Of a DNA stretch of 64,000 bases, positions 1-12,300 are shown one piece after another (the stretch's first letter is position 1; every line of letters starts with the position of its first letter). The stretch spans positions 9,424,001 to 9,488,000 of the forward strand of contig JBHGNT010000022.1 in the NCBI GenBank assembly GCA_043228905.1, read 5' to 3'. The position numbers and the translations under genes are program-made. The notes under the pieces were generated by a model. That model was not told the DNA's origin. It saw only the letters and a list, made by a program, of their open reading frames with translations, and did not search any database. Origin of the DNA: Azolla caroliniana (lineage: Eukaryota > Plantae > Polypodiophyta).

Positions 1-578
1 TAGAGAAAGAAGGGAAGAAGTTTAAGATAAATGTGGAGCTCTAGCTTGGCGGTCGTGGTGGTCAACTCTCAACAAGAGGGAGGCAGTTCGAGCCTTATCT
101 TCATCAAAATATTGAAGTGAAGATTGTAGTGGTCTACTATCAAGAAAGAGAAGAGCGATTACCTTGCAAGACAAAGTTCATTTTGTAACTCTTTCATGAA
201 AATGATTATAAATTTCATACACTTTCTCATATATTATTTTATATCTTATCTTGTCTTATCTTATATTCCTTAAAAATCCTATTTTGTCATATCTTATTTA
301 TCTCTATTCACTCCATCTCTACTCTTTCGTCTCTTCTGTCCATAATCCCAGTGATTCCTTCCTCACTTTCACGTTATCCTTTATGTGCGCAACGCTACGC
401 TTCTAGGTGAGCCACGTCACGACACCGTTTTTCCTTCAACCTCCTTGTCGGCCACCTCCTTCTGTATGTGCATATTTGCCTCGGGCCACGTCTCCTCGCA
501 GCCACCTCCCATCTCTCCAATCTTATGTTGGCAATCGGGCACAACCGCCAAAGTCTCCAGAACCAGTGTCGAGGAATC

Positions 579-1529
579 TCATCTTCGTCCGCAATCGATT
601 GCCCCATTATCCATGTCGTCATATTGGTCCTCCGCTTTTCCGCCGCCACCTTCCGTTTCTCCAGTCTCACGTCTGCTCTCGGGACCAACCACTAAAGTCT
701 CTAGAATCGATGTCGGGAAAGTACCGGCACCATCGCTCTCTGACAACTTGTCCATAGCCACTTCCGTTCGGACGCCGTTATCCGTGGTTATCTCATCCTC
801 GATTATGCTTGCATCCTCTTCGTTCAATCTTTCGGGCAACCGTGTTCCGAACCATACGTCCACTCTTGAAGTGGTGTTCGTCGCTCCATAGTTCCTGGCC
901 TTATCCTTGTCCGTCTTTTTTCGGCAAGATGAGAGGGTGGCTTCCTCCCCGTTCTCCGATCGTCTCAAGCCCGACTCCATAATAGACCCTCCTTCGGCAT
1001 CGATCTTCATCTTGAAGATGTCATACGACTCCCTTACAAATGCCTCTATGTCGAGATCCACAGAACCATTCTGCGATAAGAACTCCTCCTTCGGTGGTAG
1101 TGCGTAGTCACTTGCCACCCTCTTCTTGCCGCAACTTGCGAACCGTGTTGAGGCCGACCGCTTCTCATCATGTCGCCAGCATACTTTCTCTACATCGGTC
1201 CAATCCTCGGTGAGGCCATTTGCTCCATCATCGTCTTCGACCTGAAGTAAAATGTCCATCCTTTCCTCTCGATCGATCGACTTAAAAAATAATAGAACTG
1301 TGTCCACCCCCACCAATCTTTGATCATGCTCCTAGAGTTGAGCAAAACGATGTTGAAACCCTTTGAATGCTTTCATTGCGCTTTGGTGGGTCTTTGCAGA
1401 TGCTACCCATTCTTCAAACTCGTGCCGAACTCGCGCCTTTGGTCTCTCATACCCACATGCCTCCAATAGAGCTTCCTCGAAGGACTCCCACGACTCATGA
1501 GCTTCTTGAAGCTTCTAGACCTCTTCGTG
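579..1529 (-). pseudogene. gag C-terminal part of element F (stops; low-complexity tail)
   Basis: ORF 579..1316 plus upstream in-frame segment with stops; homologous to ORF 24310..24804. Confidence 0.65.
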
Positions 1530-1859
1530 TATCGTGTTGTCTGCCTGGCCGGACTAGCCTCAACACAGGTGTCTATCCGACACTTCTCCAAAGGGGTGGT
1601 AAGGATTGGATGCTAGGTTACACGCGTAAGATGATTACAATTAAGCACAGACGGTAAACAATACGAAGATACAGATAAACACGCAATAATTACTTTTGTA
1701 TTACTTCCGTCAAACCCTTTACAATTCATCGGATCCTTTTATAGGCATCCAGCAAGGTTACAAAAGGTGCGCTTAGGCAACCAACATCCGAATCGGTCTG
1801 GATCCGGATCGGTACAACTGTACCGGATCCGTCCCTCCGAATAATAATTCTACTATTAT

Positions 1860-4800
1860 TTACTTCCTATTATCCGCATGCTGCGCCCTGGGTCGGTGGA
1901 AAATGTCGAATTCAAATTCCTGTAACAACAGTGTCCATCGTGTAATTTTTCCCGTCAGGGATGCCTTCGAGACCAGGTAGAGTAGTGCCGAATGGTCGAC
2001 ATGGAAGGAAAACTTCCTTCCGAGCAGATAGTGCCTGTACTTTGTGACAATATACACCATTCCCAATGCCTCGCGTTCCGTCGTGGAGTAGTTCCGTTCG
2101 GCTTTTGAGAGTTTCCGGCTTGCGTAGTACACCGGTCGGTACCATTTTGGCTCCGTGAGTTGCATCAGAACACTGCCGATTGCTACGTCCGACGCGTCGA
2201 CGAAGACGTGAAAGCTTTTACTCCAATCTGGCGGTTGCACCACCGGAGCTTGCGACAGCATAACCTTCAACGCTTGGTAGGCTTCCTCCTCCGTCTCCGC
2301 CCATAGGAAGGGTACCCTGTGTACGGCGGTATGTAATGGTGTAGCGAAGTCTGCGAGGTGCCGTATCATCCGGCTATGCCACCTTATTTGGCCCAGGAAC
2401 CGGCTTAAAGCCTTTGCGTTATTTGGTGCTGGTGCCTCGAGAATCGCCTTGACTTTATCCTGATCTACCGCGATTCCTTCCTTACTCACCACGTGCCCTA
2501 GTAAGTTGCCGCTTGCCACTCCAAAGACGCACTCGGCCGGGTTCAGACTCAACCGGTACTCGCGGCACTTCTCCAAGCACAGTTGGAGGTGATCGAGATG
2601 CTCTCCGTGCCGGCTGTAGACCGCGAAATCGTCAAGGAAGACCTGCATAAAACCGGGGATATATTCCCCGAAAATTTCCATTATTATCCTTTGAAAGGTC
2701 GCTGGAGCTGTCTTTAGTTCGAACATCATCACGACCACGACGAACACTCCCCATTCCGTAACGAACGTTGTCTTCTCCTGGTCGGCCGGGTTCATTCGTA
2801 TTTGGTTGTAGCCGCTAAATCCATCCAGGAAGCTATAAACTTCGTGACCGGCTACCGCATCTAACACCCCGTCCGTAAATGGTAGTGGAAACGCATCGGT
2901 CACTGTTGCGGCATTTAGTTTGCGATAGTCCACGCATACCCGGATTTTGCCGTTCTTTTTCGGGACCACCACTATCGGACTCAGTCAGGTTGCCTGCTTG
3001 ACCGGTCGGATAAATCCGACCCGGAGGAGCTTATCAATTTCCTCCTTCACCTTCGCCACATAATTCGGATTCATCCGGTACCTGCGTTGAGCGATCGGTT
3101 TCGCGTCCGTACTTAGGTGAATTTGGTGCTGATAGAGCTGGGGGTCCAGCCCTTGCATGTCTTCGTACGACCACGCGAACACATCCTTGAAGTCTGTTAA
3201 TAATGCTACCATTGCCTTCTTTTCTTCCTTCAGCAATTCCTTTGCGACATTTACCGGTCGGGGCTTGTCTGTTGTGCCGAGGTCCACCTCCTCTAGTTGG
3301 GATGCTTTTACCCTCTGGGATATCGTCATTTCCCTCTCTAGGGATTCCTGCGCTTGTCGCAGTTCCCGGATTGCCGCTTGGTCCGGTTCATCCGGCGTCG
3401 TAATGTACGGTTCTACTGCCGCCGTGATATCCACCTCAAATAGTGGGACGATTCGTGGGTGTTCCACGAGGTACCGCTCGACTTCCTTGTCCGGTAATTC
3501 CTCCAACATGTTGATGCTTTCCGCATAAAATGGAGTTGCTTCCTTACTGGCGATCACCCGTGGTTGTGTCGTTACTCGTACCTTTGTTTTCCCTCGCCGG
3601 AATGTGATCATGTTCTTTTGCCAGTTCTGCTTGATATGCGCCGTTTGCAGCCATGGTCGTCCTAGCAGTAGGGGGTACGCGCCTTGTACATTCAGCTGCA
3701 GCACCATGGCCGATATCCGGAATACGTGGCCTCCGATCATTACTTCCAAATCCCGGATAAGCCCGGTCGGTCGGACTGAGCTGGTATCCGCCATGCGTAA
3801 CCAGAAGGGGCATGGTTCCCATTCCCGGATGCCCAGGTTATCGCATGTCTGTCGGCTGATGACATTTACCCCGGAGCCTCCGTCAATAATCGTTCAAGCA
3901 ATTTCCTTTCCTTTCACGATTGCCGTGATCGTCGGGCTACTTGTATCGACCACCGCTGGTCCTTCCTCCGGATTGGAGAAGAATGCCGGTGCTGGCGTCG
4001 GCTTCAATTTTCTCACGGATGCCTGTAAGTCTGCCGTAAACCGTGGCACCAACTGTAGTAGCCGTGCTAACGGCAGCACAATTTGACAGTCCTGTAGCGC
4101 TTGCCACGTCGGGTTTTCTCCTGGCTGTATGATTTCTTCGTCTTTTGGCATATTTTGGTCTCTTACTTCTGCCGCATTCTGTTCATTGGCCTCCTTGATC
4201 CATTGCGCCGCTTGTTTTCTGATTGCCTCCTAGGCTTCCCACTTGGCGGTCTTTCCCTTTGACCAGGTTGTGACCTGCTGTACTTCTGTTATTTCGGTTG
4301 TAACCATGTTGACTGCCGGCTACTTGTCATTGGTTTTGCTTGGGCATTGGTTACTATAATGGCCTTCCTTACGGCAGTAATAACAGTACACCTTGTGACT
4401 GTTGCTCGTTTCTCCTTTGTCCCCGGTTTGGAGGGTGGGTGTGCTTCGGCGGTCGTCTTCCGTTTTTCGGTTATCCGGTACCGATACTGGGTTGTCATTC
4501 CTCGCTGCCTCCCGACGTTCCTCTCTTCGGAAAAATCCACGCTTCTGATTCCGTCAGAAATTTCGGTTCCCTTGTCGCCTCTCTTCTCTGCGTCGTTCGT
4601 ATTCCGGGGATTCGTCTCGGTCGTACCAGTCCCGGGGGTAGCTATCTCTGCGTTTCTCCTCTCGGTCATAGTTATCGCGTCTTCTATCAGCGTATCTGTT
4701 ACCACGTTCGCGTTGGTAGCGGTCGTCTCTCCGGAATCGATCCTCATCCGGGTTCTGATTGCGCGGTTCTATGTGTCGAACCGGTGCTGCCTGCCGATTT

Positions 4801-6210
4801 AACAAGTTATATTCGCATTGGTCCGTTGTATGGGCTCGAGAGTTGCAGATCATACATTGTGTCCGCAGGGTGCAGTCTACTGTTGAGTGGCCCGAATTTA
4901 GGCATGTTGTGCATTGTAAGGCCTGTCGGAACCTCAGGTCTTCCTCCTTCAGGAGTGCCCGGTGTAACATCCCCATCGACAAGAAGGAGCTAGTCTTGTC
5001 CATTTCTAAGACCCGATCCATAACTTGGTCCATTGTGCTGGTGTGGAAATCAAGGACTCCGCACATTGTTCGAAGTGGCTCTTTCAGCGCGGCCAAAAAG
5101 ACTGCTTTGGCTTCGTCTTCGGGTGGTGCTCTCGTCAGTTGGCTGTGCAGGGTCTGAAACCGAATGATGAATTGTGGCACAGTCTCGTTCTCTTCCTGCC
5201 GGGTGGTGTAGAACTGCCCGACCAATTCCCTTTGCTCAACTTGTCTGTGAAAAAGCCTGAGGAATCTGGCCTTCAAGGCATCGAATGTGACAAAGCTGCC
5301 CGGTAAGTGCTTTGTGTGCCATCGGGCCGCCGGTCCTTCTAAGGTCATGCCGAATTCGGCGACTTTGGATCGTTCGGCTTCGGGCTCCGTCAGTCTTTGG
5401 GAGACATGGTTGGCTTCCCATGTTTGGAGGAATGCGTACACGTGTGCCTCCGCGTCGGGCTCATCCTGGTACTTTGGGTATGGGTACGGCATCGTGTCGT
5501 CCAACTGACTCTCCTGCTTTCTGTCCGCTGTTGGCGTCGGTGTGAGAACCTTTGGTTCCTCCGCGGTTGGTGCCGATATCCGCTCCTTCAGTTCCTCCGC
5601 GGGTGTTGCCGGTGTCCGGTCCTTTGGTTCCTCCGCGGGTGTTGTCGGTATCCGCTCCTTCGGTTCCTTCGCGGGTGTTGTCGGTATCCGCTCCTTCGGT
5701 TCCTTCGCGGGTGTTGTCGGTATCCGCTCCTTTGGTTCCTTCGCGGGTGTTGTCGGTATCCGGTCAGCCTCCCTCGGCGATTGCCGGTCACCGAACTCCA
5801 AGGTTATTTCTTCCTCTAGCTCCGGTGTTACTGAGTCTTCCGACCCCTCTTCCCCCGGGTCGTTTGGTGTGTCGTGGCTGCTTTTATATCGGGACGCAAC
5901 GCTTTCGTCGCTTTCCGACTCCGCCTCAAGTGTTGCGAATGCTTCCGAGTCCCCGTCGCCCCCGGCGAGTGTCTGTAGTATCGTTTCCGCCTCTTGCAGG
6001 CTTGTTATGCTACTACCTTCGTCGGGGATTTGCAGAACCCGGAACTGCAGTGCTTCTTCTGCGACTCTCCGAAGAGTTTTGGAGAATGACCGATCCCGTC
6101 GGATCTCTTCGACGGCTTGCTGCAGGGCTTCCCGTCGTTGCTCGCGTTCGGTGTATCGTCTCCCTCGTTCGGTGATGTGGTCGTCGTTTGGTCTAGACAT
6201 CCATCCCCCG
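1860..6210 (-). pseudogene. gag-PR-RT-RNaseH polyprotein of element A, with in-frame stops
   Basis: ORFs 4554..6284 (gag, two CCHC knuckles), 3894..4151, 2985..3794 (PR) and 1860..2972 (RT/RH). Confidence 0.9.
5545..5765 (-). repeat. 36-bp tandem repeat (~5-6 units) in gag of A encoding IPTTPAKEPKER
   Basis: Directly visible repeated TCCTTCGCGGGTGTTGTCGGTATCCGCTCCTTCGGT. Confidence 0.9.
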
Positions 6211-6984
6211 GTTGTCCTCTGCACTTTGCAGGAATCGTGGTCGCCAAAATAGTGTTGTCTGCTTGGCCGAACTAGCCTCAACACAGGTGTCTATCCGACA
6301 CTTCTCCAAAGGGGTGGTAAGGATTGGATGCTAGGTTACACGCGTAAGATGATTACAAATAAGCATAGACGGTAAACAATACGAAGATACAGATAAACAC
6401 GCAATAATTACTTTTGTATTACTTCCGTCAAACCCTTTACAATTCATCGGATCCTTTTATAGGCATCCGGCAAGGTTACAATCGGTGCGCTTAGGCAACC
6501 GACATCCGAATCGGTCCGGATCCGGATCGGTACAACTGTACCGGATCCGTCCCTCCGAATAATAATTCTACTATTATTTACTTCCTATTATCCGATCCGA
6601 CTCCGCCTTCCCACTTGTCCTTGCTCTTCTGACCGGCCAACATATCGATACGGCCACCACCCGACAAAAATACTCTAGCCTCGTTGCTTTGTCCACGCCC
6701 CACTTCGTCATCTCGGCATTGTAGGCTCTCAAAAAATTTGGGACCTCGTCCTCGTTGAAACGGTTGACTCATGCGACCACACTCTTGACGGCTTATTGAG
6801 CCGCGTCTTGTCTTGTCTCGTCTCGTCTTGTAGGAGAAAGAATAAGAGATTAACACGGTAGAGAAATAGATGGTTATAAGGTTCATCAAACTAATTCCAT
6901 TACGAAGCACAAAAGCCACAAATTATTACAACCGCGACCGATTAGGCCAGACCCAAGCACAACTAGAAGAAATGATAATGACTA

Positions 6985-7023
<39 letters not shown>

Positions 7024-7572
7024 TAGAGAATGAAACCCTAAACCTTCCTAACTACTGCCACGATGACCAAACGAAAACCCTAAAACGAAATAGGTAAAGA
7101 TGAAGTAGAAAAACCCTAACGGTCTACCTCTAACGACAAAATGGTGACCCCTTACCCCTTTTTAAAGTAGAAAGGGCAGAGGTTTATTACAAAAGGAGAG
7201 GCCAAATCTTTCACTCCTTTCAAAGGGGGAATATTTGCCTTGATCTTAGGAGGAGAGATTGATGGGGTCTTAACTCCCTCTCCCCTCATTTTAACACACA
7301 ACCATGCCCTCTACTTATTACACCCATACTTCCATGCACTCCTGTTTAGTCTACATGTGTATGTGCTCCTAAGTGCACATTATCTTTATACTTCACGAAC
7401 TTTGTAGTGCACTTTTAGCACCTTACATTTTACCCTTCCTTTTACATTTGTTTTCTTATTCTTATTTTACAAATTTCCTAAGTGCCCAAATTTCCTAAAT
7501 GTGCAATGTTGCACATCCCGTTTTATCCGTCCCTCTCAAGTTTTCTCACCATAGCCGAAAATCCTCACGACA

Positions 7573-7959
7573 ACGTGACGAGGATCCTACAAAGATTCAA
7601 CATGCCGGAAGCAAAGCTAGTCGGCTCTGTGTTCCTAACTAGCTGCAAGCTGAATGTAAAGCAATGCCTGAGAGGGGAGAAAGAAAAGAGTGAGATGAGG
7701 AAAGTACCATATGCCTTAGCCGTCGGTAGTTTAATGTACGCTATGTTCTGCACGAGACCAGACATAGCATTTTCTATGGGAATGGTAAGCCGATATATGA
7801 GTAATCCAGGGCGAGAGCGCTAGGCAGCGGTGAAATGGATACTCGGGTACTTAAAAGGCACTTCGAGGGTATGCCTAAGGTATAGTGTCAGAAAACCCAT
7901 GCTCGAAGGGTTTACCGATTCAGACATGTCGGGAGATGCAGACTCGAGCCGATCCACGT
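7573..7959 (+). pseudogene. Copia element 'E' RT fragment (host of C and F)
   Basis: VTRILQRFNM...KVPYALAVGSLMYAMFCTRPDIA...FTDSDMSGDADSSRST; continues in frame at 31184. Confidence 0.9.
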
Positions 7960-9394
7960 TGTCGTAGTGTATTTCGTACACTACGTGAAAAACTTATAAA
8001 GTACCGATTTAATAAATATGAATAAATAGTAGAAAATATTTAAATATATATAGCATGCATAGGGCAAGATTCGAACCTTGCACCGCCATGTTAATAATGT
8101 AATGTCTTACCATTACACTAGCATTTCATTAGTGTTCAAAGGTAGATGTTCCACATAGAAAGCTTAGTTCACCTAGGATATACTTTAGTTAAAAGAAAAA
8201 GCTACGCATGCACATCTAGCGTGCATGAACGCTATAGTTGATAAAAAACGCACAAGTTAGAAAAAGCATGGAGTCTATCTATAGGAAAAGCATGGAGTCT
8301 ATAGTTAGAGAAAAAAAAAACATGGATTCCTAAGACTCCCTCATCACTACATAAGGATGGGGAGCACAATGTAATAGGTGTGTGAAATACTTCGAAATTG
8401 GATATATTTCCGAAAACACCAACCAATTAATATAATAGTGGGATTCACGAAAATAATATAATCTATACTTGTGCGATTCACAAGTTTCTTATATCTTTCT
8501 TTCAATCTAAATACATTATATTCTTATCTAAATATTGATTAATCGAATACAATTCACTCGTGGGATTGACGAAATTTCTATCTCTCTTTCTAATAATCTA
8601 TTCATTACTAACCTTATCTCATATTCTTCTTTCTCCTAGTCCAAAACCTCAGTGGTTCCCACCCAACTCACGCAACGATCTGGCGCCGAAAGGCACGACA
8701 CAAGTGGTGAACCCGACGTGAAAACGGGTGGCAAGGAGATGGAGAATCAACAAGCTAACAATATGATGGCGATGTTCGAGCGGATGCTACAAGAACAATG
8801 CGCGATGTCGGAGATTTCGGCAGCAGTAGAGCGGCTCGTGCAACACAATGGGCAATTCAACGGTAAGGATGTGTCGCGATATTTGCAGGACTACAAGGCA
8901 GAGATGCTCCTGTTACCGGCCGGCAAAGGAGTCTAGAGTGGCAAACGGGGAGTTATTTAAGTAGTAGGAATGTGGTTGTAATTAAGTTATGAGTGTGGAC
9001 GGACGGACCGGAATCGGTATGCCGTTCCGGATCCGGACCGATCCCGAACAGGTGCGGATGGCACCGTTTTGTAATACAGACCGGAAACCTATTTAAAGGC
9101 CCGGATACAATGTAATGAATAGCGGTTAATTAATAAAGCTTAGTGTTGTTATCTCTCTGTGTTAATTGCCGTTCTTCCTTAATTGTTATATCTCACGCGT
9201 GTGATTATGAAAGACGATCATGCTAAGTAACTTAATTAAGTCGGATTAATCGTTGAGTCTAATCCTATTGCCGTAACACCCTTTGGTGAAGTGTCTTCCG
9301 TAGACACCCTGTGTTAGGCCATTGTCCGGCCCTAAGAGTTAACACAGTTTTTGGCGACCACGATTCCTGTTTTTGCAACGAACGACGGCACGGA

Positions 9395-12300
9395 TGTACG
9401 TCTAGATCAAAGCACGACCTGGTTACAGATCGAACTCGACGCCTTGCCGAAAGGCAAAGGAGACGTGAGGCTTTCCAGCAAGCGGCGTAGGAAATTAGAG
9501 CGGATCGCTCGTTTTCCAACGTAATCCGGAGAGTAGCGGAGGACTCCCTCTGGTTACAGCAAACATCGCACCCGGACGACGGCAGCAGCCTAAGCAGCCT
9601 CTGGGAAACCGAATCCCTTCTCCACGCGTTGACAAACGGAGAAGGCGAAGCAGAAGCCTTTTCAGCATATGAATCGGACTCCGAAGGGGAATACAGCGTG
9701 CACACGAACTACCGTAGTAGCAACGAAACCCCGGGCGGACCGGAGGGCGAAGGATCGGATACCTTACCGTCACCGGAACCGGAAGTGCTAACACTGGAAT
9801 CCCCGGAACCAGCAGAGGAAGAGCGACCTCCGACACCGGAAGTCGAAGAGGAGAGGCCGCCGTCACCAAAAGAAGAGGAAAAACCACCGACGTCGGAAAT
9901 AAATCGGGAAAGCCCACCGACGCCGGAGAAAATTCCGGAACGAGCACCAACATTGCCAGCCCGCGCACCGATACCGGACGACGACATGTCGTTCCAGTAC
10001 TCCAAGTATAGAGATGATCCGGACGCGGAAGCTCATGTGCACGCCTTTGAACAGACATGGGAAGCCAACCATGTGTCCCAGCGATTGACCCTGGATGAAG
10101 AAGAACGCTCTAAGATAGCGGAATTTGGTGTCACATTGGAGGGACCAGCGGCAAGATGGCGCCGGACGCAGGACCCGTTTAGCATCAACACCTTTGCAGA
10201 TTTAAAAGCTAAATTCTTGCATTTTTTCCAAAAGGAGGTGGACCAGTCCGTAATGGTAGGCTTATTTTATACCATCCGACAGGAGGCAAGGGAGAGCATT
10301 CCCCAATTTGTCATCCGGTTTTAAGAGATGCATAGTCAGCTTGCCCGCGCACCCCCGGAGGAGGAATTACGGACTATATTCCTAAACGCGCTCTGGGAAC
10401 CCCTACGCACGGTTTGCATGGTAATTGACTTCCGCAAAAGTACCATCGACCAGGTCATTGACCAGGTGAGAGAGATGGAAAAGACAAGCTCTTGGCTCAC
10501 ACTGGGAGCACTCCAACGGGTGTTACCGTCCGATGAAGACCTCCGGTTTCGGCAAGCAATACAGTGCACAACCTGCTTGAATTCCGGACACTCGGCTCTA
10601 GAATGCACTATGAGGACGCAATGTGTAATCTATCAATCCAAGGGCCATACGACGGATAGGTGCGAGTATAATCTATTGAACCGGCAAGCACTGCCCTTCT
10701 GACAAATTGAGCCACGCAGCAGCCAGGATGAAGAAGAGGAACGCTGGTGGCGAATGGACCGCGACCGACCGGCACAGGATGTCTGGTACGGCGACCGACG
10801 GGAGAATGATGTCCGGTATGGCGATCGACGGGAGAATGAGGTCTGGTACGGCGATCGGTAGGATAACTATGACCGGCATGATCGGTACCAGGAGTACAAT
10901 AGACGATACGAACATTACGACCGGGAGCACTCCCCCGGGTATCGTCAGCAACCGGAGGAATACGGTAGATATAACGGGCAACCCCATCAAGAGTACCGCA
11001 ATAAGAAGAGCTATAACAAAAAACGGCATTTCAAAAAAGGCGGCTACCCACGGGATCCGGAACAAGGAGCTCCAAGCAGCCAACCGGTCCAAAACCCCGC
11101 GTGTACCGCAGGACCTGCCCCGGATACAACAGACAATGCCGAATCCAGCAATACCCGGAAAGCCTACTACTACTACTACCGATAGGAAGGCCATTATAGT
11201 AATCAATGCCTGGTGAAGAGCTAAGAAAAACGACCGGCCGTAAATATGGTAGTCCCTGAGGTGGCAGATCTGTAGCATGTGACCACAAGGTTGAAGGGCA
11301 TGGCCAAGGAATGGGAGACGTAGGAGACCATCCGGAAACAAGCAACGGAATTGGTGAAGAAAGCAAACGAGTAGAATGTCACAGACTTACAACGGCAAAA
11401 GGAGAACACCGTAGGGCTTGCCGGTGGTAGTCACTCCGAGAACGAGACATGGCAGGCGTTGCAAGAATGCCAAATTACGTTGCCACTAGGAAGACTCCTA
11501 CAACTCGTGCCAAGATTCATGGAAGGACTGAAGACGGCCATGACGGCAGGAGAACCATCACCGGCACCGGTACTCTTCTCGAATCCGGAGGAGGGACCAA
11601 CGGTGGTGGACACCAGCAGTCCGGTAATCACTGCCATTGTAAAAGGGAAAGAACTCCCCGGCACAATTATAGACGGAGGCTCTGGGGTGAATGTAATAAG
11701 CCTTCGGACGTGTGATGCCCTAGGAATCCACGAGTGGGAGCCATGTCCGTTCTGGTTGCGGATGGCCGATACAAGCTCAGTGCGGCCGACAGGATTAATA
11801 CGGGAATTAGAAGTCACCGTGGGCGGTCATACATTTCACATCTCGGCAGTAGTGCTACAATTACAAGCACAAGGCACATATCCGCTATTACTGGGGCGGC
11901 CATGGTTGAAAACGGCACATATCAAACAGAATTGCAGGAAAAATATAATTACCTTCCGGCGAGGAAAAGCTAAGGTACGGGTACCAACACAGCCAAGGAC
12001 GAGCATTGGCAAGGAATGTATACCGTTGTATGTGGAATGCGTCAATATGCTAGAAGGGTTAGCTGACGAAGAAGAAGCTTAGTACTTGCAGGAAAACCCG
12101 AAGATCATACCCCTCTTCGAAACTGACATTGCCGAAGCAGTAGCACCATACTTACCGCAACCGGAAGAGGCTAAAGACGAACCGGATAAAGATGCAATCC
12201 GGGAGTTACGGCAAGCGCAGGAAGCGTTGGAATGGGAAATGGCCGTTTCACAGCACGTAAAAGCGTCGCAACTGGAAGAGGTGAACCTAGGGACCACGGA

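Larger units (their letters stand above)
1535..6642 (-). mobile_element. Gypsy element 'A' (non-chromovirus, Athila/Tat-like), integrase region deleted
   Basis: LTRs 6253-6642 (TG..CA) and truncated 1535-1876; 5-bp TSD TATCG (1530-1534 / 6643-6647); PBS TGGCGACCAC (tRNA-Arg-like) just inside the 5' LTR; gag, protease (IIDGGSG), RT (FLDD) and RNase H (VDAS) present, and RNase H is fused directly to the LTR. Confidence 0.93.
385..7572 (-). mobile_element. Gypsy element 'F' (fungal-type/Ylt1-like, degenerate; other end probably outside window), interrupted by element A
   Basis: Minus-strand gag reads RFNEDEVPNFLRAYNAEM...VAVSI|HEE...WESFEEALL...LLFFKSIDREERMDILLQVED across element A and aligns with gag of element C (FNGKDVSRYLQDYKAEML...WEAFEEPLK...IMFLRVVDVKDRKDLGVLLED). 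The terminus ...CACGACA at 7572 is followed by ACGT and then Copia RT sequence. No pol seen in window; inner LTR boundary (~6810) uncertain. Confidence 0.7.

Noticed and set aside
7030-7120. AAACCCTAA telomere-like motifs
   Set aside because: Three dispersed copies in an LTR (telo-box-like), not a tandem telomeric array.
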